DNA of 32,000 nucleotides from Legionella tucsonensis. Lineage in GTDB: Bacteria; Pseudomonadota; Gammaproteobacteria; Legionellales; Legionellaceae. Within the stretch, counting starts at the first letter, position 1, and every line of letters begins with the position of its first letter. The notes beneath the pieces are model-generated. The model saw nothing but the letters and a program-made list of their open reading frames with translations, was not told where the DNA came from and ran no database searches. Shown here in pieces: positions 20,435 to 29,808 of the stretch. The translations under genes were made by a program, and so were the position numbers. The DNA lies in contig NZ_LNZA01000001.1 of the NCBI RefSeq assembly GCF_001468035.1, forward strand, positions 1,275,313 through 1,307,312. Reading direction: 5' to 3'.

Positions 20435-21643
20435 ATGAGTGAAATCTTACACGCTAATATCAAGATAGAATTTGCAAACACGTTACGAGGTTTTGCAGCA
20501 CTATTTGTTGTACTCTCTCATTATTTAAGCACGTTTTGGTATAAGAGGGAATCCGTTGCTCATCTGATTCATGCACCACTACTATCCTCCGAAATACATG
20601 CAACACCGATGTATGTTGTATGGCTTAACTTATTTCCTCTATTTGATTGGGGAGCTTATGGAGTAGGTTTATTTTTTATTATCAGTGGTTTTGTTATTCC
20701 TTTTTCACTCCAAAGAACAAATAGCATAGGCTTTTGTGTCAATCGTCTTTTTCGTATTATTCCAACCTACGTCATAGGATTTAGCATTACTTTATTAGCT
20801 CTTTTTTTATGCGGAAAGTATTTTTTAACATCATGGCCATACTCCTTTCAAGATGCATTAATTCACTACATCCCAGGAATTCGAGATATTCTTGGTTCAA
20901 GAAATATAGATGTAATTATCTGGACTCTTGAAGTAGAAATGAAATTTTATCTTATTGCGGCTTTATCAATTGCTTGGTTTCGCAATAACTCACTCAAGGT
21001 TTTTTTAATTCCTGCGGTTTTATTTCTAGTGACCTGTTATATGTCGCACATGATCCCCGAATGGGCAATAAAAAATTTACCTGCCTTTATCAGAGCAGAA
21101 ATATATATGATGTCATCGCCATATATTATTTTTATGTTTATTGGTGTAGTGTTCCACTATTTATACTGTTATAAAATTGCACCCGATAGAGGATATTTTT
21201 TAATAGGTATTTTATTTGTCATGTTTTGCATTGCATGGTGGACTGGACCTTATTCAGAAAACTTAATATTGGCTTGGAGTTATGCTTTTGCTTTACTGAC
21301 TTTTATGTTTGCCTATATATTTCCTCATTTTTTTAAAGCAAACCCCCTGGTTAATTTTTTAGCTGATATTAGTTATCCTTTGTATATCGTGCATAGTATT
21401 GCAGGTTATGTTTTCCTTCGAGTAATGCTTGATATGAATTTTAAAATTTGGACTGCACTCGCTTTAATTTTTATTGGCTCTCTATTATTGTCTTGGTTTC
21501 TCCATGCATTTATTGAGCGGCCTACACAGAAATTGGGAAGAAAATATGCAACAAAACGAAATGCGAACTCTTTAAAGATGCCAACCTTGCTAGAAACAGC
21601 AATAAAGTTATTGCGATTTAAACAATCAAGAAAATTAACTTAG
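20435..21643 (+). CDS. Acyltransferase 3 family membrane protein
   Basis: KIEFANTLRGFAALFVVLSHYLSTFW, GAYGVGLFFIISGFVIPFSLQR, ADISYPLYIVHSIAGY, WFLHAFIERPTQKLG. Confidence 0.9.
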   Translation: MSEILHANIKIEFANTLRGFAALFVVLSHYLSTFWYKRESVAHLIHAPLLSSEIHATPMYVVWLNLFPLFDWGAYGVGLFFIISGFVIPFSLQRTNSIGFCVNRLFRIIPTYVIGFSITLLALFLCGKYFLTSWPYSFQDALIHYIPGIRDILGSRNIDVIIWTLEVEMKFYLIAALSIAWFRNNSLKVFLIPAVLFLVTCYMSHMIPEWAIKNLPAFIRAEIYMMSSPYIIFMFIGVVFHYLYCYKIAPDRGYFLIGILFVMFCIAWWTGPYSENLILAWSYAFALLTFMFAYIFPHFFKANPLVNFLADISYPLYIVHSIAGYVFLRVMLDMNFKIWTALALIFIGSLLLSWFLHAFIERPTQKLGRKYATKRNANSLKMPTLLETAIKLLRFKQSRKLT

Positions 21644-21650
21644 GAATTAT

Positions 21651-22550
21651 ATGTCAGCTTACGAAACCATTTTAAGCAAGCAAGAGAAAAAATGGCTTTT
21701 AGACCGACGCATCACAAGACTCTCTGACAACAAAGAGGTTCAAATATATCCCATGGGAGCTGAGCGCTATTTAGCATCCGCTTTGGCTGAACACCAAAAA
21801 AATCGATATAATATTCGAGCTGATATTGAGGAAAAAAATGTTTTGGTTATTCCTGGATATGGGAACAGTAGTTTTTTATTTGCGCTAGCAGGTGCAAAAT
21901 CAATTACTGCCTATGATAAAGATCCCGTTACGATCGCTTGGATGAAAGCATTTAAAAAGTATTACCTTTATCGTGAATACGATACTCAAGAAAATCCATT
22001 ACCATCGATTGGTGAATTGTTTGCTGCACTGACATGCTGGTATCCCCCGTTAGTGACTTTATCGAGCGGGAAATTGGCTCATTTTTTATTCTGGGCAATT
22101 CATCCTAATTCATTAAGACGAGCCTATATTCATTACATGGTGTCACTGGTTCAACGTGCGATTCAATCCTCAAAACAAACTAATTTTGAATTGGATAAAA
22201 ACATCCAATTTCATGTAGGCACAGTGGATAAGATATTGATGAGTGATAAAAAGCAGACTTTTGATACTGCTTTTGTTCCATATCTTTTAGGTGTTGAAAA
22301 TGGGATAGAAAAAGAAAAAGATATAAAGCACTTTATTGAACAATTAATCACAATTGTTCCTAATGGACATATACTAGTTACTCCATCAAGGAGCACGAAA
22401 GAGTACTATTTCACGGGGAAAAGTTATTTTGTAACAACAGGTTACTCAGACATTCAAGCTATTCCTGAATTAAAAAAGTATGCTATTGGAGAGGATAAAT
22501 ACTGGTTTCGTACGCAAGGCCTGGCACTGTTTGGAACCCATCACTGTTAA
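21651..22550 (+). CDS. Hypothetical protein with possible class I SAM-binding fold
   Basis: NVLVIPGYGNSSFLFALAGAKSITAYDKDPVTIAWMKAF resembles glycine-rich motif I plus an acidic residue after strand 2. Starts 7 bp after the acyltransferase stop. Confidence 0.5.
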   Translation: MSAYETILSKQEKKWLLDRRITRLSDNKEVQIYPMGAERYLASALAEHQKNRYNIRADIEEKNVLVIPGYGNSSFLFALAGAKSITAYDKDPVTIAWMKAFKKYYLYREYDTQENPLPSIGELFAALTCWYPPLVTLSSGKLAHFLFWAIHPNSLRRAYIHYMVSLVQRAIQSSKQTNFELDKNIQFHVGTVDKILMSDKKQTFDTAFVPYLLGVENGIEKEKDIKHFIEQLITIVPNGHILVTPSRSTKEYYFTGKSYFVTTGYSDIQAIPELKKYAIGEDKYWFRTQGLALFGTHHC

Positions 22551-22716
22551 ATTTTAGTTGTTGTTACCGATAAAGGGTATAATTATTCTGCGGTAAGAAA
22601 TCAAATAACTGCAGCGGGTAAAACACTAGTTATTCCTCGCAGGGATGAGGCTGTTTGTCCCGGAGTTCAAACTCAGCAAGTAGATTATAAAGGTAATAAA
22701 ATATGTATGGATTTTT
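22551..22716 (+). mobile_element. Fragment of a DDE (IS4/IS5-type) transposase
   Basis: Reads ILVVVTDKGYNYSAVRNQITAAGKTLVIPRRDEAVCPGVQTQQVDYKGNKI, matching the ADKGYDS...R..I...G....IPPR...K...YD...YK region. No start, no catalytic Glu domain, no terminal repeats. Confidence 0.7.
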
Positions 22717-22735
22717 TGATTTTAAGACACTTAAT

Positions 22736-23560
22736 ATGTCATTAAAATTAACGGTACAAGATAGAATATTTATCTATATATTTAATCAGGCAAATCATAC
22801 AAAAAAAATTGAACTAATTAAAAACCAGAAAATTGAGACAATTGCTCGAATTGCTTATCACTTCACTTCCATCGAAGTATTTTGTAATCATTCAGAATTA
22901 AAAGAACATTGGGGAAAAATATGGTGTGCCTATGGCGTGGCTTTAGCGCAGCAAAAAAATTTACCCTTGATGATTTTTTTTTCCCAACCGCAATTAAATC
23001 AATTTGATTTAGTACGAGGAGCCTATTTTTTTCATCTCTCACAAGAAATAAGAAAAAACATGAAGAATGATTTTGGATTTTCTGAAATTGAATCAATCAA
23101 AATTGCAATTCGATACGGTTCAGTTCATGCAATAAAACGTTACAATGAATACATTTACTATAAATTACAACAAGCTAGTACTGAAGAGTCCGATAGTCTT
23201 TACCAAGAACTTATCACCAATAGTAAACTTATGCTTCCGCATTATGGCAGTTATGGTTATATGGTTTTGGCTGATGCAATATCTTGTTACTGCTTATGGT
23301 TACTTAATAATTTTAAAATTGAAGAAGCCCAAGCCGAATATAAGCATGTTTTAAAATCGTTGGATTATGCAGAGTTAATTTTAAACGAAAGCAAATACAG
23401 TATACAAAATGCCAGTATAGGCGTAGGCCTTAAATGCAGTAATTCTATGGGGTTTGAAGTGCCATCACAAGCCAAAGATTTTTTTATTGCATATTATAAG
23501 AAATCAATTGCAGCAACCCAAGATTCTGACTCGCTCAGACCGGTTTTTGCTCCAAATTAA
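22736..23560 (+). CDS. Hypothetical all-helical protein
   Basis: Long ORF, start chosen at internal ATG (MSLKLTVQDRIFIYIFNQANHTKK). The ORF-track start (22703) overlaps the transposase remnant. Confidence 0.6.
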   Translation: MSLKLTVQDRIFIYIFNQANHTKKIELIKNQKIETIARIAYHFTSIEVFCNHSELKEHWGKIWCAYGVALAQQKNLPLMIFFSQPQLNQFDLVRGAYFFHLSQEIRKNMKNDFGFSEIESIKIAIRYGSVHAIKRYNEYIYYKLQQASTEESDSLYQELITNSKLMLPHYGSYGYMVLADAISCYCLWLLNNFKIEEAQAEYKHVLKSLDYAELILNESKYSIQNASIGVGLKCSNSMGFEVPSQAKDFFIAYYKKSIAATQDSDSLRPVFAPN

Positions 23561-23621
23561 AACAAATGGTCTATATTATAAATAATTACAATGATCCTTA
23601 TTTTAATAAATAAGGGAGGTT

Positions 23622-24320
23622 ATGAACATGTCCCCCAGAATTTATATCTCTTATACAATTACTCCAAACAAAGAACTTGTGATCTCAAGTTATCATGAAA
23701 AAGTCCAATCCATGATTAATGGTTTTGCTTTAATTAAAAAGGATGGTTTAAAACCCGGCGATTTAAAAAAACTAGAGGGAGCCCTTCCTGAACACTACGA
23801 TAATTACGACGTAAAAAATAAACTGATTGAATTATTAACAACCATTGAAAAAAGTGGGGATTTTGATAAAGTAACCTATAGGGGCGATTTAAACCTCTGT
23901 ACTCACAAGAAAGAAGATTTGGCACCATTTTTATTTGATGGCACGTTAAATGACTTTTTCTCTGGAAAAGAAGTTCAGTTAATTTTAGAGTCAGCTAATT
24001 ACGAATATGTAGAAGGTGCTATAGAGTTTGCAGATAAAATAGGAATGACTGGTGCCACTTTGCAAACTAAATCTGCAACTACAGAAGTACTATCTAAAAC
24101 TTACCCACCATTAGAAGCCAATAAGAGTAAAACGGAAACAACTATTCCAGTACCAGAGACCGGGGCGCTTGCTCAGTCTGAGGCTGATATTAAAGACCCC
24201 CATACTTTAAGCGATGCCTTAGGGAAAGTTGGAATTTTTAATACTACAAGTACTGAAACCAATACCACGCCGACACATGAGGTCTTGAGGCCAGGATTTA
24301 CTACTAAAATAGACGAATGA
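23622..24320 (+). CDS. Hypothetical protein with Thr/Glu-rich disordered C-terminus
   Basis: MNMSPRIYISYTITPNKELVISSYHEKVQ. C-terminal half low complexity (KSKTETTIPVPETGALAQSEADIKDPHTLSD). Preceded by AAGGGAGG. Confidence 0.6.
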   Translation: MNMSPRIYISYTITPNKELVISSYHEKVQSMINGFALIKKDGLKPGDLKKLEGALPEHYDNYDVKNKLIELLTTIEKSGDFDKVTYRGDLNLCTHKKEDLAPFLFDGTLNDFFSGKEVQLILESANYEYVEGAIEFADKIGMTGATLQTKSATTEVLSKTYPPLEANKSKTETTIPVPETGALAQSEADIKDPHTLSDALGKVGIFNTTSTETNTTPTHEVLRPGFTTKIDE

Positions 24321-24499
24321 GAACTCTTCTTAGAGGAAAAATAAAAGGAGCATCCTCTACATTTCAAGTATCTTATCATCTTATTACTGAATTCAACAAA
24401 AGCCATAAATTCATACGGACTCAGTTGTCTCTCGGCCATGATGATTTTTGGCATAAATATAAGACTTTAAGATCACTATATCCTATATGTTTTAATTGA
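24317..24499 (+). CDS. Short ORF overlapping the preceding gene by 4 bp
   Basis: MRTLLRGKIKGASSTFQVSYHLITEFNKSHKFIRTQLSLGHDDFWHKYKTLRSLYPICFN. ATGA overlap at 24317-24320. Confidence 0.4.
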   Translation: MRTLLRGKIKGASSTFQVSYHLITEFNKSHKFIRTQLSLGHDDFWHKYKTLRSLYPICFN

Positions 24500-24625
24500 A
24501 AGTTGTTTTAAATTATGTAAGGCACTAGAATTTTTTAGCAATTTATTCGATCATCCAAATTATATTTATAAAAATTTTTGGCCAGATTATGGAAAATCAT
24601 TTAGAGGTTTTAATGAGAGATAAAT

Positions 24626-25633
24626 ATGTACATGTGGTTTGAACTCTTAGTTATGTTGATTCTTATCTTAATCTCAGCACAACTATTTTCTAATGCGTTA
24701 GAGCATTTTGGTGAAAGATTGGATATTTCAACCGGTGTCACGGGTTCAGTATTCGCAGCTATATCTACTGCACTTCCAGAAACTACGGTACCAGTTTTGG
24801 CAATAATTGCGGGAACCACTGATCGACAAGTTAATGAAGAAATTGGTGTAGGGGCAATTTTAGGTGCTCCATTAATGTTATCAACTTTATCAACCTTTAT
24901 TATGGCTTCTTCAGTAATTAAAAAGCGGGGGATTAAGGGATGGATAACACCAGAAATTACCGGCTTTAAACGAGACATGAATTTTTTCTTAATGGCATTC
25001 ACGCTTGCTGCTGTAGCAATGTTTCTTCCCTTAGAGCCAAATTACTCTATCCGTACTTTATTTTGCATCATACTTATTTTTCTTTATTTTCTTTATTTAA
25101 TGCTTACATTCAGTGCTTCTAAAACTTTGGTAAAAAACGGCCATGCGGTAATAACAAATGAGCCTTTATTAATAACCAAAGTGGGTTTAAAAACCAATCT
25201 TAAAACAATTTTATTCCAATTAATTTTGGGACTAATCCTATTGGTATTTAGTGCAAAAGGATTCATTCATGGAGTTGAGGGAGCGGCAAATTCTATTGGT
25301 ATATCTGTGTTGCTTTTATCATTATTGATCATCCCCATCGCAACAGAATTACCAGAAAAAGTGAACAGCGTAATCTGGGTAAGAAAAGGTCAAGATACTC
25401 TTGGTTTTGGCAATATAACCGGGGCAATGGTCTTTCAAGGCACTTTACTTCCGGCATTAGGAATACTTTTAACACCTTGGGCACCATCTAGAATAGTACT
25501 AACAGGTATTCTAGTAACTTACATTGCTGCAGCATGGCTAAGGTTCAATATTTCAGCGAATGGAATTAAGATTAAGATATTATTTTTTAACGGAATTTTA
25601 TACTTAACCTATCTAGGAATAGTGCTTTTATAA
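24626..25633 (+). CDS. Sodium/calcium exchanger family membrane protein (YrbG-like)
   Basis: Two inverted alpha-repeats: GVTGSVFAAISTALPETTVPVLAI and GISVLLLSLLIIPIATELPEKVNSV, multi-pass. Confidence 0.87.
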   Translation: MYMWFELLVMLILILISAQLFSNALEHFGERLDISTGVTGSVFAAISTALPETTVPVLAIIAGTTDRQVNEEIGVGAILGAPLMLSTLSTFIMASSVIKKRGIKGWITPEITGFKRDMNFFLMAFTLAAVAMFLPLEPNYSIRTLFCIILIFLYFLYLMLTFSASKTLVKNGHAVITNEPLLITKVGLKTNLKTILFQLILGLILLVFSAKGFIHGVEGAANSIGISVLLLSLLIIPIATELPEKVNSVIWVRKGQDTLGFGNITGAMVFQGTLLPALGILLTPWAPSRIVLTGILVTYIAAAWLRFNISANGIKIKILFFNGILYLTYLGIVLL

Positions 25634-25754
25634 AAATACATGCGAGAAGCTAAAATGGGCTGCTGCATCATATTTAATAGGTTGTAACCTCATCTAATAG
25701 GCATGATAATAAGCGACTGAGCCTAATTCTTTGAGTAAACGGAGTATATGCTTT

Positions 25755-26993
25755 ATGAAATATGATGCTGTAGTCCTCGGAGGCGGAATTATTGGAGTTT
25801 CAGTTGCAATTCATTTGCAAAGGCGAGGACGGTTGGTGGCATTAGTTGATGTGAAGTCTCCAGGAAGTGAGACCTCATATGGTAACGCTGGATTAATTCA
25901 GCGTGAAGGGGTATATCCTTATGCATTTCCAAGAGATATTTTCTCTTTAATTAAATATGCTCTAAACAGTTCTCCTGATGTTAGATATCACCCTAAAGCA
26001 ATCCTGAAGCTTGCGCCTTTTCTATGGAAATACTGGCTTAATTCTCATTCATTACGCCATGCAGAGATCGCTCGCGCCTATGTAAACTTAATTCAACATA
26101 GTATAACGGAACATTATTTTTTAGCCGAAGCCGCAGGAGTAAGACACTTATTTCGCTCAGGCGGATGGATCAAAGTATTCCGTACAGCAAAAAAACAAGA
26201 TACTGAAACACGATTTGCCGAGAAATGTAAAACTGAGTTTGACATTCAGTTTGAGTCTCTTGACCAGAATTCATTAAGTCAAATTGAGCCAGATCTGGAC
26301 AAATCATTGTTAGGCGCTCTTCGATATGTAGATTCTGAAACTGTGAACGATCCCGGAGCACTGGTTACTGCTTATGTCAATTATTTTGAACAACTTGGGG
26401 GTCGCTTTTTTTGGGGTGACGCATTCACTTTATCCAATCAATGGACAGTCAAAACGGAGCAGGGTCAAATTAAGGCAAATTCTGCAGTGATTGCGTTAGG
26501 GCCATGGTCTGACATTTTATGTTCTCAGCTAGGATATCACTTTCCGCTAGCAGTCAAACGTGGATATCATATGCATTATGGCATGAGGCAAAACGCACAA
26601 CTCAATCACCCAGTACTCGATGTTGAGAATGGTTACCTACTAGCACCCATGACCCGCGGAATTCGTCTTACTACCGGGGCAGAATTTGCACCACGTGATT
26701 CACAGAAAACTCCAGTACAACTTGATTTAGTAGAGCCCATTGCACGTACACTTTTTCCAATTACCAAACGACTTGATGAGTTTCCCTGGATGGGATGCAG
26801 GCCCTGTACACCGGATATGCTCCCAATTATTAGTCAAGCTCCTCGACATACCGAACTTTGGTTTGCATTTGGGCATGCTCATCACGGTTTGACTCTCGGG
26901 CCGGTTACAGGTCGTTTGCTTGCGGAAATGATGACAGCAGAGGACTTAATCACCGATCCATTACCTTTTAGTGCGAGCCGATTTGCTCCATAA
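25755..26993 (+). CDS. FAD-dependent amino-acid oxidase/dehydrogenase (DadA-like)
   Basis: YDAVVLGGGIIGVSVAIHLQRRGRLVALVD dinucleotide motif, SYGNAGLIQ, PWSDIL, WMGCRPCTPDMLPIISQAP...FGHAHHGLTLGPVTGRLLAEM. Start corrected to the ATG at 25755. Confidence 0.9.
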   Translation: MKYDAVVLGGGIIGVSVAIHLQRRGRLVALVDVKSPGSETSYGNAGLIQREGVYPYAFPRDIFSLIKYALNSSPDVRYHPKAILKLAPFLWKYWLNSHSLRHAEIARAYVNLIQHSITEHYFLAEAAGVRHLFRSGGWIKVFRTAKKQDTETRFAEKCKTEFDIQFESLDQNSLSQIEPDLDKSLLGALRYVDSETVNDPGALVTAYVNYFEQLGGRFFWGDAFTLSNQWTVKTEQGQIKANSAVIALGPWSDILCSQLGYHFPLAVKRGYHMHYGMRQNAQLNHPVLDVENGYLLAPMTRGIRLTTGAEFAPRDSQKTPVQLDLVEPIARTLFPITKRLDEFPWMGCRPCTPDMLPIISQAPRHTELWFAFGHAHHGLTLGPVTGRLLAEMMTAEDLITDPLPFSASRFAP

Positions 26994-27063
26994 GATAATT
27001 CGGCACCATGTCAACACACCGTATTACATAATGATCGGATTGGTGCCCTAGTAGGAGATATAA

Positions 27064-27492
27064 ATGAATGCCCCCATAACTATCATTACTGATTTTAAAG
27101 AAAACGAAGCCATTTCTAGAATCATCTATGAAAATTTAAAAAAATTTAATGAGACAATCATTGGCAATTATGAAGCAAAACCTTTTATCATTTATGCAAA
27201 AAATGATACCTCTGAGATTTTTGGTGGTATTAAAGGAGATATATTTGGTACGTTATGTAGAGTATTTACCGTTTGGACTCACGAAAAATATCGTGGTAAA
27301 GGACTCGGTCGAGAACTATTTGTGACACTGGATGCTTTTGCAAAAGAAAACCATTGTAAAATGATTCAACTAGATACTGCGGAATTCCAAGCAAAGGGGT
27401 TCTATGAGAAAATGGGTTATCAAGTTATAGCGACATTACCAGATAATTTTATGGGTTATACCAGCTACATTTTGAGAAAATATTTGATTTAG
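27064..27492 (+). CDS. GNAT-family N-acetyltransferase
   Basis: VWTHEKYRGKGLGRELFVTLDAFAKENHCKMIQLDTAEFQAKGFYEKMGYQVIATLPD: acetyl-CoA binding R/QxxGxG/A motif and C-terminal FYEKMGY. Confidence 0.92.
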   Translation: MNAPITIITDFKENEAISRIIYENLKKFNETIIGNYEAKPFIIYAKNDTSEIFGGIKGDIFGTLCRVFTVWTHEKYRGKGLGRELFVTLDAFAKENHCKMIQLDTAEFQAKGFYEKMGYQVIATLPDNFMGYTSYILRKYLI

Positions 27493-27544
27493 GGTGTAAA
27501 CAAATATTTAAAATATCCAGATTGTTTATTTGAACATGAAGTGT

Positions 27545-29494
27545 TCATTCCATTGATGGGCGCATATTCGCTTCTAAAAATTCGAGAGCCTCTTCTTCGG
27601 ATCCTAGATTATTTTTTTCTGCCCACTTCAGTATATTAATATAATTTTCTTTTTGGCCTTTAGGGACGTCCTCTGCTTCAAGAAATTGAGCATAGGAAAT
27701 ATAAATCATTTCTATAGGAGTTAGACCTTCATTGTTTCTTATTGTGAGAATCTCGGGGTGGCGCTTGAATATAAACTCCAATAATTTTAGATGAGGTCTT
27801 TCGTTTTGTACCACAATATGTGCGTAGGTATTGCCGTCTTCATCCCTGTATTCTTTCAAATTTGCTTTAGATGGAGCAAGAGCAATCAAGTTTTGAATAG
27901 CGGAGTCAGGATTCTCTTGCATTGCGAACAAATGAACTGGCGTATATCCATCTTGATCTTTTTGTAAAACTAATTCATGGAAGATTGAAAAATCCATTTT
28001 ATGGAGCCAATCAAATACTTCGGGTTTATTTTGCTTTAGGGCAAAATGAAGGATATTTTCTCCTTGATTATTTTTAGTATATAACTCAAGCCTATTGTTT
28101 TTTAATAATCCATTTAAAATATCAAGTGCATTATCTTTAAATATAGATCGATGCATACGAGGTTGTTCCCGATCACTTTGATATTCTCTAAAAACTACTT
28201 CTGCTCTTTTGCCGCTATGACTCCAAACCAATTCTTTAAAAATGCGAAAGGAGCCTATGGCCGCTCCTATTTTAGCTGTCAAAGCAAGGTCCTTACACAT
28301 TTTTTCATATTCTTTTAATTTTTGATGAAATTGCTGGGGATTTGCGTTAAATATTTTTCGTAGAAATTTTCCCTGAGTGAGTGCATCATTTATTCCATGA
28401 CCCCAAGGATAATAGGGTGCCCGGTAACTGTCGCCCATTAAGATAAATATTTTATCTTGTGATAATATGAATGCTTTAGATGCTTGATTAAGAATCGTTA
28501 CGAATAAGCTAAAATCAATAATGCCATTTTTATCCGGATTAAACGCAACATCCTTAGTACCCATCTTCAACTCTGAAAGAATCTTATTTTTAATGAATTC
28601 TTCTAGAGCTTTGGTTGCTTCCCGATAGTATTTTTCAAGTTGTTTAATCTGATTTTTATCTTGATTTTCTTTATTTACTGCATCGAAATATGCTCCTTTC
28701 GCCTCATAATAGAAGTAATATAATTCTCGAGGAATTTCACAGTTAATATTACACTCTATCGTTGTTTTATCATTTGAGGTATGTGCGAAAATAATAGCAA
28801 AATACAATCCATCTTTCCCTACGTTAATACGTGCATCTTCAGATTCATTTTCTTGTTTGACTGGTAGTACAATCGGTGAATCATCTGTTTTTTTAATAAC
28901 AGGAACAAAAACGCTTACATGATATTTATGCGGGCGTTTAAAATCGCGTTGGTAAATAATTTGTTGTTTAGGTGGTAGATCTTTATTCACTTCATCTACT
29001 GCATGATGATGGACACCATCTGCACCAATTAAAAAATCAAATGTTGTTTTTGCCTTATCTTCCTGATTTTGAGAATCAATAATTCTTGCTTCACCCGAAG
29101 ATAATTGCACATCCGCTAATGTACTTTTTTCAAATATGTTAAATTTAGTATTATCAAGTTCTTTGATTCGACGTAAAAGATACTTTTCAACTTCGCTAAT
29201 CGGAATGCCACGTTTGGTGTCTAAGTTTGCCAAAAAATCTCTGTCTTCTTCACTAATAGTTTCTGGTTTTCTGGGCAATGAATTAAACATCAAATGTAAA
29301 TATTCACGAAGTTCAGCTTGTAAAAAAACTTTTTGTACTCTTGTATAATCATTCTCGTCTCGATTGGTTAGAAGACAGACTGTCTTTCCTGCTCTAATTG
29401 CCTCCCAAGCAGCAGATAACCCCGCAGGTCCCATGCCAGAAACGACAACATCATAATGTACTCTTTCTTGTTCAGGCATATTTTGCATTCTCAT
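27545..29494 (-). CDS. FAD-dependent monooxygenase-like domain fused to C-terminal ankyrin repeats, putative effector
   Basis: N-terminus VVVSGMGPAGLSAAWEAIRAGKTVCLLTNR (GxGxxG), TFDFLIGADGVHHHAV (DG motif), FILMGDSYRAPYYPWGHGINDALTQGKFL (GD motif). C-terminus NNQGENILHFALKQNKPEVFDWL, DQDGYTPVHLFAM, DEDGNTYAHIVV, NNEGLTPIEM (ankyrin). Last residues GSEEEALEFLEANMRPSME. Confidence 0.85.
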   Translation of the reverse strand: MRMQNMPEQERVHYDVVVSGMGPAGLSAAWEAIRAGKTVCLLTNRDENDYTRVQKVFLQAELREYLHLMFNSLPRKPETISEEDRDFLANLDTKRGIPISEVEKYLLRRIKELDNTKFNIFEKSTLADVQLSSGEARIIDSQNQEDKAKTTFDFLIGADGVHHHAVDEVNKDLPPKQQIIYQRDFKRPHKYHVSVFVPVIKKTDDSPIVLPVKQENESEDARINVGKDGLYFAIIFAHTSNDKTTIECNINCEIPRELYYFYYEAKGAYFDAVNKENQDKNQIKQLEKYYREATKALEEFIKNKILSELKMGTKDVAFNPDKNGIIDFSLFVTILNQASKAFILSQDKIFILMGDSYRAPYYPWGHGINDALTQGKFLRKIFNANPQQFHQKLKEYEKMCKDLALTAKIGAAIGSFRIFKELVWSHSGKRAEVVFREYQSDREQPRMHRSIFKDNALDILNGLLKNNRLELYTKNNQGENILHFALKQNKPEVFDWLHKMDFSIFHELVLQKDQDGYTPVHLFAMQENPDSAIQNLIALAPSKANLKEYRDEDGNTYAHIVVQNERPHLKLLEFIFKRHPEILTIRNNEGLTPIEMIYISYAQFLEAEDVPKGQKENYINILKWAEKNNLGSEEEALEFLEANMRPSME

Positions 29495-29565
29495 AAGATA
29501 AAGACATTCTTCTTTTATTATATTCTAGATAATGTATTTTAGAGTAAGTCAAAGTATCCAACAGA

Positions 29566-29747
29566 AGAAAATTCTTTTTGGAATACTGTTTTTTAATATC
29601 TGTGCCGCTTTTTCTTAAATGGAACGTGAACTTATTTATGAGCGTGTTAAAGTAGGATTAGATTCTGTCAAACAAATTTGCGAAGCATGGGGATTATCCG
29701 ATCCGTATTTTATCGATGCATTAATCAATTTTTTTAATGTTAATTAA
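29566..29747 (+). mobile_element. Degraded serine recombinase (resolvase/invertase) fragment
   Basis: Reads KILFGILFFNICAAFS*MERELIYERVKVGLDSVKQICEAWG, matching the resolvase region GKL..HIF.ALAEFERELIRERT.AGL..AR..G. In-frame TAA at 29616-29618. Confidence 0.6.
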
Positions 29748-29808
29748 TCCCATTTACATATGATATATATTTATATATAGTGTTTATTTATCAAACAATA
29801 AATAAAGT

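Noticed and set aside
29136-29348. 70-aa plus-strand ORF antisense to the FAD-ankyrin gene
   Set aside because: Shadow of the Rossmann-region coding sequence, no start context or known motif.
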